Shown piece by piece: positions 36,950 through 44,135 of a stretch of DNA of 64,000 nt. Source of the stretch: a virus; IMG/VR virus record IMGVR_UViG_3300009528_000013, positions 1 to 64,000 of that record. One strand, 5' to 3'. How positions within the stretch are numbered: position 1 is the stretch's first letter; the number at the start of each line of letters is the position of its first letter. The notes beneath the pieces were generated by a model. It was not told the DNA's origin and made no database searches. It worked only from the letters and a program-made list of their open reading frames with translations. The position numbers and the translations under genes were made by a program.

Positions 36950-37204
36950 TCAATACACCAGCGCTTCTGCAGCATACACCAAGTTCGCCAAGTCGAGCGC
37001 ATCCATCTGGAATTGATCAGCGACCCGGTTCATACGACGGATGAACCTTTCTGCCCGTTCCTGATTGATCGCATGGAACGAGACGAACGGAAGCTGGCCG
37101 CCGCCGAATCCTCTTTCTGGCCTACTCAGTCGGTGGTCGACCGACCTATCGGTTTTGTCGTGATCTCCGAGATGGCTCGTGAACGTCTTCAGTTCGATTG
37201 TCAT
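36950..37204 (-). CDS. hypothetical protein
   Basis: Start refined to MTIELK after start-associated sequence. Confidence 0.6.
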   Translation of the reverse strand: MTIELKTFTSHLGDHDKTDRSVDHRLSRPERGFGGGQLPFVSFHAINQERAERFIRRMNRVADQFQMDALDLANLVYAAEALVY

Positions 37205-37288
37205 CGGTTTGTTCACCACCTTTCTCTTGTTGTCCTATGCCTGTTTAACCTGTTTTCTCAGGAGACGGGCACGGGCCCGTCTGCACAC

Positions 37289-37603
37289 TCAGACAACGTT
37301 CGGCCAACTCAGAAGCTGCTCTTCGGTCAACTTCCCGTAGTACTCCGATCTGACCCGGTGCCATACTTTCTTGTCGGACTCCCACCACTGTTTCTCCAGA
37401 CGGACAACCTGCTTTCCAAACTTCAATCGGAATTTCCACCGTCCATCGTCGGTCGTCTTCTGAAGATGGCCGAAGCGATCTTCCGACCAGCCATTGGCAT
37501 TCAGTAGCCATTCCTTGACCAGCTTCTGTTTCCGCAACGCCAACTTTTTTCTGGGTGCCGTCGGTCGGTAAGGTTCCACTATGCGTATCAGGCCTCTGTC
37601 CAT
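37289..37603 (-). CDS. hypothetical protein, family B paralog 2
   Basis: Identical C-terminus SEYYGKLTEEQLLSWPNVV to 34958..35284. Confidence 0.7.
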   Translation of the reverse strand: MDRGLIRIVEPYRPTAPRKKLALRKQKLVKEWLLNANGWSEDRFGHLQKTTDDGRWKFRLKFGKQVVRLEKQWWESDKKVWHRVRSEYYGKLTEEQLLSWPNVV

Positions 37604-37638
37604 CGGTTCGCCTCCTCTCCGTTGACCGCCCTGAACGC

Positions 37639-37839
37639 TCACTCGACATTCAACTCTAACAAACCATCGACCTCTACCTTCAACTTAAACCGGAACCCGA
37701 GTTCGCCATCCTTGCGATCTATCGTGATCTTCTCAACTGCTCTATCAAGATCACCGAACTCTTCTTCGACCGCCTCGATTGCTTTGGATAACTCCTCGGT
37801 CAGACGATGTGCGAAAAAAATGCTCTTCTCTTTTGTCAC
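37639..37839 (-). CDS. hypothetical protein
   Basis: 66 aa, GGAGGTGA RBS. Confidence 0.55.
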   Translation of the reverse strand: MTKEKSIFFAHRLTEELSKAIEAVEEEFGDLDRAVEKITIDRKDGELGFRFKLKVEVDGLLELNVE

Positions 37840-37845
37840 CCGCCT

Positions 37846-38136
37846 TCACCTCCCTTCTGCCGATCGCCTCATTCGGTCAATCATCTCGACGTTTTTGTCC
37901 CGGAGATATTCGGAGATTTTTCTCCGAGCAACGTCAAGCTCATCCTGAGCATCTCGCAACGAAGCCAGCGCCTTGTATGAGAAGTCTCCCCTAAACCACT
38001 GTCGAGCATCGAGGACGTGACCGATCGCCTCCCGCATACTCCTGTCAACGGGCGTACCCCCCTCCACAGATTTCGCCATAGACTTTGCCATAGACTTTGC
38101 CATAGACTTTGCCATAGACTTTGCCATAGACTTCAC
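37846..38136 (-). CDS. hypothetical protein with N-terminal MAKS repeats
   Basis: GGAGGTGA RBS; 12-bp tandem repeat encodes (MAKS)x5. Confidence 0.6.
   Translation of the reverse strand: MKSMAKSMAKSMAKSMAKSMAKSVEGGTPVDRSMREAIGHVLDARQWFRGDFSYKALASLRDAQDELDVARRKISEYLRDKNVEMIDRMRRSAEGR
38069..38133 (+). repeat. 12-bp tandem repeat GACTTTGCCATA x~5
   Basis: Directly visible. Confidence 0.95.
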
Positions 38137-38169
38137 CTCCCTTCGGTCTGTTGTAACTTACAACGTTTT

Positions 38170-38870
38170 TCATGGGAGTCATGAACAGACCTAAACCCCT
38201 ATGAAAATACTGTGATGTGGATCCGATTTTGAAAACGTAACTTCCGAAAGATCACACCAGAAAGACAAACGCCGAAAGTCTGACCTGTTTCCACTAACCC
38301 CTTGACCCAGAATGTCCTGAACGATTTTCAAGCCCCTCCGAAGAGAAGAAAGAAAGACCGAAAATCCGGATCCTTATCGCATTGATTCTATTGAAGTTAA
38401 GTGCGTTTATGACTCCCACTTTTCTGCCCTTTCAATACTTAGGTTCCAAGAACCCGGACCCTTATCACATTGTTTTTTAAGGCGCTTAGGTGCAGTTATG
38501 ACTCCCACCAAAACTGTCGTAAGTCGAAAAAGGGCGGTTTTTTCGACCCCTCATCGCATTGTTTTTTAAGGAGCTTAGGTGCAGTTATGACTCCCATTTA
38601 TTTACACACACAGCACCCCCCTCTCTCTAAGTTTTTACTTTTCCCCCCTCTGTCAAAAAAACAAGTACTTGGTTCCTTGTTACCCCCTTCTCAGACCCCA
38701 GACCCATAGAATAGTACTAGCTCAGAAATAGTCTATCCGTAGATAATATCTTTCTATATCAGTACGCTTAGTGTACTATATGTTATGTGTGTTCCTATAT
38801 GTGTGTGTATGTTTATGACTCCCATAAATACACTTAACTCCTTTATTTACAATGCGATAAGGGTTCGGCT
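38170..38870. repeat. Iteron-like repeat region, putative replication origin
   Basis: Three 47-48 bp direct repeats at 38372, 38460 and 38549 (CCTYATCRCATTG...TTATGACTCCCA); further TTATGACTCCCA at 38813; inverted copies at 38173 and 38820-38862; AT-rich tract 38700-38830; no long ORF. Confidence 0.6.
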
Positions 38871-39143
38871 TTTCCTGGGGGATTGTGCCTAACTTGTTGT
38901 TTTCCTTGACATTACGGAAGAAAGTCGGCAACCGAATCGGAGAGAATCGGAGAGCACCACTCGGTCGATTACCAGATTCTGGTCTCTCAAACCCCCTGGG
39001 ATTCTCTTGAACAGCGTCCTCCGATCTGAGAAGACGGTTCTCTCCCCTATGTTTTCTTTTCTAAGCCCTTTTCTTGTGTTTGAAAGCCCCCCCCAAAGGG
39101 AAAAAGGGTCCCCAATCTGTTAGAAATCTATTGGTTCTCTTGC

Positions 39144-39209
39144 ATCTCACGACCCTGGCCAGTGGAGTTTGGCCGTGGGTTTCGTCCTATTGGACTCATC
39201 GGGCGAGAC
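39144..39209 (-). ncRNA. Type I hammerhead ribozyme HHR-B (variant core CCGAUGA); predicted cut after GUC between 39151 and 39150
   Basis: Minus strand: GUCUCGC CCGAUGA GUCC-AAUA-GGAC GAA ACCC-AC-GGCCA-AACUCCAC-UGGCC-A-GGGU C GUGAGAU; canonical stem II and GUC triplet. Confidence 0.88.
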
Positions 39210-39373
39210 TACGGCAAGCTTGCTCGGATATGAAGTCTCGATTCAGCTTCTTCGGTTGCCCGTCTCAGTCTGTCTAAGCCAACCTCCCTTCGCCGATCAT
39301 CGGTAAGCTTTTGCCTCATCCTGTAGACGCCGTGCAGGCGCCGGTCGAGTTCCGAAGAGCTCATCTCGATCAT
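39209..39373 (-). CDS. small hypothetical protein (54 aa)
   Basis: Manual translation MIEMSSSELDRR...IRASLP with AAGGAG RBS; stop codon abuts HHR-B. Confidence 0.5.
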   Translation of the reverse strand: MIEMSSSELDRRLHGVYRMRQKLTDDRRREVGLDRLRRATEEAESRLHIRASLP

Positions 39374-39490
39374 CTCCTTATGGCAATCTGGGTTGAATTT
39401 TCAGCGCCGCTCGGATCCTGAGTACCCGGCGTACACGCTTCAGACGCTTTCGCTGTGCAATCTTTTCTTTCACGGACATCGCCTCTCCTT

Positions 39491-39685
39491 TCACAGAACG
39501 TTCAGATGCGCAACGAAGCAACTGAACCCACCCCGTACTTCCTGAAGCTTCAACTGGAGCTCGTCCAGATACGCCGTCTCCCTCTTCTCGACAATCTTCT
39601 CCTGTTGTTCGTCGATCTCTGCGACCGACTTTGTAATCGCGGCTACGTCGTGGTACATCAGTTCGACCGATTGTTCTATTGTCAT
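39491..39685 (-). CDS. small coiled-coil hypothetical protein
   Basis: 64 aa, GGGGGGTGA RBS. Confidence 0.55.
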   Translation of the reverse strand: MTIEQSVELMYHDVAAITKSVAEIDEQQEKIVEKRETAYLDELQLKLQEVRGGFSCFVAHLNVL

Positions 39686-39765
39686 CTAATCACCCCCCGC
39701 TCCTTCTGTCTCCTTTTATTCTTCGACGGTTCTGACTATTGCCTGGTATTCCCTCCTACCTCGGA

Positions 39766-39951
39766 CTATGATTTCTGTCCGATGGCTTTTGCCTGTTTGC
39801 GTGTGGCGTAGATCCCCTCCTCTTTTCCGTTGACATATAATCGGATTCGAGAATTGAGGGACTTCCCCAGGGATACTATTTTGTACTTGTTTCCCTGGGA
39901 GTTTATCCATGCCCCTATGAAAAGTTCACGATTCTCAGTCTGCTTTGCCAT
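39766..39951 (-). CDS. small hypothetical protein
   Basis: 61 aa, GGAG RBS. Confidence 0.5.
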   Translation of the reverse strand: MAKQTENRELFIGAWINSQGNKYKIVSLGKSLNSRIRLYVNGKEEGIYATRKQAKAIGQKS

Positions 39952-39975
39952 CGTTCTCCATTCTCCATTCTCCTT

Positions 39976-40437
39976 TCACTCTTCGACGGTCCCGGTCACT
40001 GTCCCCTTTGCACCGCACTTCGGGCAGGGGTCGAGCTCGAACGATTTGTAGATCCATCCGCACTCCAGGCACTCGATCATCATCCTCGCCTTCAGACCGC
40101 CACGGGACCGGCAGTATCGGGTTGCACCGAGACGTTCTCTTTCTTCCTGGAACGTATATCCGTGTCCGGTGTGGGGATTTGCGATATGGATGATCTCGTG
40201 TTTCAGGACTTCTCCGAGCTCGTGATTCCAACCGAACTCGTCGAAGTAATGTCCTGAGATGGTCAGCAAGAAGCGGTCGTCTTTCCGAAACCATCGAACT
40301 TTCGCCGCCACTCTTCTCAGTCGCTCCGAGATCTGAATCTCTACATTTCCCACTTTCAGGTAGGGGTAGCACTCATCCCGAACATCTGAAAGCATCTCCC
40401 AGATCTCATCGGGCGTCGGTCGTTTTCTGAACGGCAT
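39976..40437 (-). CDS. SprT-like zinc metalloprotease with C-terminal Zn ribbon
   Basis: VLKHEIIH (HExxH), GHG..F, CLECG...CPKCG; start refined to MPFRK. Confidence 0.85.
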   Translation of the reverse strand: MPFRKRPTPDEIWEMLSDVRDECYPYLKVGNVEIQISERLRRVAAKVRWFRKDDRFLLTISGHYFDEFGWNHELGEVLKHEIIHIANPHTGHGYTFQEERERLGATRYCRSRGGLKARMMIECLECGWIYKSFELDPCPKCGAKGTVTGTVEE

Positions 40438-40478
40438 TGGTCTATTCACCACCTTTCATTTGCTATTGTGATCTGTTA

Positions 40479-40541
40479 TCTCGCTAACGGAGTCGGTGGA
40501 GTACGACCCCATTTTCATCCTTTTGGAATCATCGGGCGAGA
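40479..40541 (-). ncRNA. Type I hammerhead ribozyme HHR-C (variant core CCGAUGA); predicted cut after UUA between 40485 and 40484
   Basis: Minus strand: UCUCGC CCGAUGA UUCC-AAAA-GGAU GAA AAUGGGGUCG-UACUCCAC-CGACUCCGUU A GCGAGA; compensatory changes versus HHR-A in stems II and III. Confidence 0.82.
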
Positions 40542-40729
40542 ATGATCTGTCGGTGTGCTTCGATCAGTTCGAGTCCGGCGACCGCTTCCTTCGCTACTAT
40601 CATTGCCGATCGGTACACATCTTTCTCCGGATCAGCAATGCCCTCTTTGGCATAATTGGCCCCCTCCTGAAGACGCTCGATTGCTTCGATCAGAAGAAGT
40701 TTATCCGATTTTTCCATTTCGCTCACCAC
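40529..40729 (-). CDS. small helical hypothetical protein
   Basis: 66 aa; its TGA stop is the UGA of the HHR-C core. Confidence 0.6.
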   Translation of the reverse strand: MVSEMEKSDKLLLIEAIERLQEGANYAKEGIADPEKDVYRSAMIVAKEAVAGLELIEAHRQIILAR

Positions 40730-40834
40730 CTTTCAGATCAAGCATTTCTTTGGGCTTTCTTTAAGTTATCTTTTAGGAGTATTTTAACATACCAATTTGG
40801 AAAGTCCAAAAAGCCCAAGTCTTCCTTGTCAACC

Positions 40835-40992
40835 CCCTTGTGTGCATCCCCAAGTCCATCCCCTTGCCCCTTGTGTGCATCCCCAAGTCCATCCCCTTGC
40901 CCCTTGTGTGCATCCCCAAGTCCATCCCCTTGCCCCTTGTGTGCATCCCCTTGCTCCTTGTGTGCATCCCCAAGTCCATCCCCTTGCCCCTT
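40835..40992 (+). repeat. 33-bp tandem repeat array (CCCCTTGTGTGCATCCCCAAGTCCATCCCCTTG), about 4.5 units with one shortened
   Basis: Directly visible; a 30-bp duplication follows at ~41012-41072. Confidence 0.9.
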
Positions 40993-41179
40993 GTCCTTTG
41001 TCCTTTTGTCCGATGTGTGCTTGTTCATGTTCTTTTGTCCGATGTGTGCTTGTTCATGTTCTTTTGTCCGATTGTGTCCTTTTGGAATTACATCTACAAA
41101 AGACCGATTTTTGGCATAAATGCAAACAGGACAAGGTATTGCTACCTTGTCCTGTTGCAACAAAGCCCCTCGACCGATG

Positions 41180-41626
41180 TTACTCGGTCAACTCAAAGGC
41201 TTTGATTTTTCCCTGCTTCAACATCCGATCCAGTACCCGCTTGGCGGAGTCATCCTTCGTTGGAAATTCAAACTTGTCACAAGCTTCTTGACAAGACTGA
41301 TACTCGACGCCGTCGACGGTGCAGGGCTTTGAACGCCCACCATTGCTATTATCATTGCTGGTGGCGGACTTGGCTTTGCTCGGGTACGTGACACGTGTTG
41401 TCGGGTTCTGAAGTTTTCCCTCGGTGTTCTTGGTAACTTCCACAACTATCCGAACAGCATGCCCGAAGCCCTTTACCGTAGCCTTGAGAGCCTTGAGTTC
41501 ATCGGAGTTTTCCAATCCACTCTTGGCCCCCTCGAAAGCCTTTGCTTCGCGCTTCTCCTCGATCAGATCTATCTCTTCGATCGAGAAACCCAAAGCAGCA
41601 GCCTTTTTCCTGTCGATGCTTTCCAT
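41180..41626 (-). CDS. putative DNA-binding protein with C-terminal NUMOD1-like HTH; first gene of the leftward arm
   Basis: Start MESIDRKK after GGGAGGTGA RBS; KPCTVDGVEYQSCQEACDKF is NUMOD1-like. Confidence 0.6.
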   Translation of the reverse strand: MESIDRKKAAALGFSIEEIDLIEEKREAKAFEGAKSGLENSDELKALKATVKGFGHAVRIVVEVTKNTEGKLQNPTTRVTYPSKAKSATSNDNSNGGRSKPCTVDGVEYQSCQEACDKFEFPTKDDSAKRVLDRMLKQGKIKAFELTE

Positions 41627-41886
41627 TGTGTTGTCACCTCCCCTCTGTGTGGGATGTTTGGCAGTCGGACATAAGCCCGAAAGCCTTGTATTTGCTTTTG
41701 TGTTACACCTCACACATAAGCAAATGGCGTGCCAAGTCCTGGGACTGCTGCCCTAAGCCCTTGCGGGCGGTGAAGATAAAAGTTTATGTATGCCAAAGCT
41801 CCCTCGACCGATGCTTGCTGATTAGGCTCAAATGAACCAAAGCGGCGGCTGCTTTGCACCACTTGGCTGTAATGCACCGGGCAATA

Positions 41887-41991
41887 TGCAAGGGGATGGA
41901 TGCAAGGGGATGGATGCAAGGGGATGGATGCAAGGGGATGGATGCAAGGGGATGGATGCAAGGGGATGGATGCAAGGGGATGGATGCAAGG
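41887..41991 (+). repeat. 14-bp tandem repeat TGCAAGGGGATGGA x7.5
   Basis: Directly visible. Confidence 0.95.
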
Positions 41992-42009
41992 CAGGAAAGC
42001 AAAGGACAC

Positions 42010-42087
42010 TTGAAGCTTGAAGCTTGAAGCTTTATGCCTATACTTGTAACTTGTAACTTGTAACTTGTAACTTGTAACTTGTAACTT
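42010..42087 (+). repeat. 7-bp microsatellites (TTGAAGC x3, CTTGTAA x6)
   Basis: Directly visible. Confidence 0.9.
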
Positions 42088-42390
42088 ATGCTTTGCACCT
42101 TGACAAGACACACTTGGCCTATGCCGTTGTGTGTGATGGACTTAGAGCAGGATTGTCTGACAAGTGGAAAGGGGAAGATACAGAAGGAATGGCGTAACCG
42201 GATGGCAGACAGGCGTTTGTGAAAATGTAAAACAATTTGAGATGGAGATGGCATTAGAGAAAAAAATCCTATGTCCGGCAAAAAACTTTCATTGAAAAAT
42301 ATACAGAGATAATAGGTTATGATTCATCGGCTTACGGATAGCGTTCGTCGTATATTTTGGGGCAGAAATAATTTTTTGGAAAAAAAGTAC

Positions 42391-42419
42391 TTGACAGGGG
42401 GGTGATGTGCGCATATTTT
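42391..42419 (+). promoter_or_regulatory. sigma70 promoter for the rightward arm
   Basis: TTGACA-17 nt-TATTTT with upstream A/T tracts. Confidence 0.7.
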
Positions 42420-42462
42420 AGGGGCTGTGGTCACGGGTTGGGGGGGGGGCGAGATACTGTTT

Positions 42463-42555
42463 CTGTCATTCACACCGCTTCGACACGTTTCACTCGTAGT
42501 ACCTGGGCGGGTTTCGATTTCGCCCTGTCATTCACACCGCTTCGAATACGTTTCA
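42463..42555 (+). repeat. Pair of 30/31-nt direct repeats separated by a 32-nt hairpin-forming spacer
   Basis: CTGTCATTCACACCGCTTCGACACGTTTCA (42463-42492) and CTGTCATTCACACCGCTTCGAATACGTTTCA (42525-42555). Confidence 0.85.
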
Positions 42556-42683
42556 TTTCCGGTTGGGGTCGTTGTGAGGCCAAAAGGCGTAGCTTGCGAT
42601 GAAACCGCTGGAAAGCTTACGCTCCCCCGACCCTGACTGCATTGGGACACTGTTTCTGTATTTGGATAATTGCGGGAGGTACT

Positions 42684-42851
42684 ATGTGGGTGATTGCGGC
42701 AAAGAATTGTTATTGTCATACTTGCGGAAGGGAATTTCATCACATGGGAATTGCGTGTCACCGAGCAATGCACAGAGATCGAAAAGAGGATTGTCGGATA
42801 ACGTACACTCGTAGCGATACTTATATTCATACATTTTCGACCAGAATTTAG
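42684..42851 (+). CDS. small C2H2-type zinc-finger protein (55 aa)
   Basis: GGAGGT RBS; CHTC...HRAMH. Confidence 0.6.
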   Translation: MWVIAAKNCYCHTCGREFHHMGIACHRAMHRDRKEDCRITYTRSDTYIHTFSTRI

Positions 42852-43191
42852 ACGGCATCGAGTTTCGATCTTGGGTCAAGAGGGCGGTCGGGGGCGTCTC
42901 GGTAATATATGGCATCAAATACCGTTAGGTTTCATTTTCATCGAAGACAGTGAGTGCGACCGGCCTGTGACGAGACTGCCGGATGGCGATCGTGGTTAAG
43001 GCTACAATCGAAGTGGGGTTTCAATCCTCTGATCGTCTTCTTGACCTGGGTAATTGGGAGGAGTGGTAAGGAATTGGCGACGGACACCGAGGAATTGATC
43101 GAGGTTACTGTGGAGACGGATCGGGAAGTATTGATCGGGGTGGCGGTGGAGACGGATCGGGAAGTATTGATCGGGGTAGAGGTATAGCGCT

Positions 43192-43557
43192 ATGATCCCC
43201 GCCCGGCGCTATACCTCTACGGAGGGACTGATGGCGACGATATACTTGATACAGGGTGAGCAGAAAGTTTTGAGATTTGAGGTAACGGACGGTGCAGGGC
43301 AGGAGGTGGACTTGACGGGAGTGGGATTGGCGTTAAAGATTGTTCAGGCGGAGGATTTGACAACGGTGATGTGTGAGAAGGTGACGGGGGATTTCGACGT
43401 AACGCAGAAGGCTCGGGGGATAGTGAAGTGCACGTTGACATCGGCGGATTTGGCGACGGCGGGGAATTGGTTGGGGCAACTGAAGATGACGTTTGTGGAT
43501 GCGACGATTGACAAGAGTGTGCGATTTGATTTAGTGGTAGAGACGGCGATAGCTTGA
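43192..43557 (+). CDS. BppU N-terminal-like Ig-fold virion protein
   Basis: LRFEVTD..GQEVDLTG...A.GIVKCTLTSADLATAG...QLKMTF pattern; likely start MATIYL. Confidence 0.6.
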   Translation: MIPARRYTSTEGLMATIYLIQGEQKVLRFEVTDGAGQEVDLTGVGLALKIVQAEDLTTVMCEKVTGDFDVTQKARGIVKCTLTSADLATAGNWLGQLKMTFVDATIDKSVRFDLVVETAIA

Positions 43558-43575
43558 GAGGGCTATCGTTTTTTT
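43547..43575 (+). terminator. intrinsic terminator
   Basis: CGATAGC-TTGAGAGG-GCTATCG followed by T7. Confidence 0.8.
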
Positions 43576-43727
43576 ATTTAGGGTGATCGAAGATGCTGAC
43601 AATTAAATTGAGAAAGCGGTCGAGGGGGAGAGAATTCTGAGGGCTCCCGGCATTTTTGGCGACAATTTAATATCGGGAAGGGCCGGGTAACTCTTCGCAA
43701 TCGCGTCTGGTCGGCTGTGTTGTTGAC

Positions 43728-44120
43728 GTGGCTTTTGGTTCGGAGGATTTGATGTGGACAGCTATCGGCGAGGGATATAATCCGCCACCTGTGGCGAGGG
43801 TAAAGAAGCCGCGGCCGACGCCGGCGTCTCCGCCTAAGAGCGGGCAACCGGCAGATCCGGGGAGGTGTGAAAAGTGTGGAAACTCGCTGAGTATCCCGCG
43901 TCATTGTGATCTATGTGGATATGAAGGAATGGGTGTATTATTGGGTGGGAGTCTTCCTTCTTACAATATGCTCTGCTTGAAAGAGGATGGTAGCCATCCT
44001 CCTTTTCCATTTGAACTCTGGGGTTTTATCGCGTTTATAGTAAGAAGTGAAACTGATTTAGAGCAAGCTATAATTGAGAATAACGCTGAGGAAGAACGAA
44101 GACGAATTGCGAGAATTTAG
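43728..44120 (+). CDS. hypothetical Zn-finger protein immediately upstream of terminase
   Basis: CEKCG...CDLCG; not recognisable as TerS. Confidence 0.5.
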   Translation: MAFGSEDLMWTAIGEGYNPPPVARVKKPRPTPASPPKSGQPADPGRCEKCGNSLSIPRHCDLCGYEGMGVLLGGSLPSYNMLCLKEDGSHPPFPFELWGFIAFIVRSETDLEQAIIENNAEEERRRIARI

Positions 44121-44135
44121 GGATGAGGGAATGGG

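Noticed and set aside
40738-41163. ORFs across the 33-bp and 14-bp repeat arrays (also 41710..42111, 41784..42281)
   Set aside because: Open frames arise from stop-free repeats in several frames; no independent coding evidence
42570-42610. TGAGGCCAAAAGGC resembling a hammerhead stem II
   Set aside because: No CUGA before and no GAAA directly after the hairpin
43018-43028. GTTTCAATCCT matching the start of the 16.8 kb CRISPR repeat
   Set aside because: Only 11 nt, without the hairpin partner; better explained as a T-loop-like hairpin
42991-43045. CGTGGTTAAGGCTAC resembling the pistol ribozyme P1
   Set aside because: No convincing pseudoknot partner followed by the conserved GCG, and no P2/P3
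43728-44120. Terminase small subunit
   Set aside because: Position fits, but there is no HTH or oligomerisation pattern; left as hypothetical
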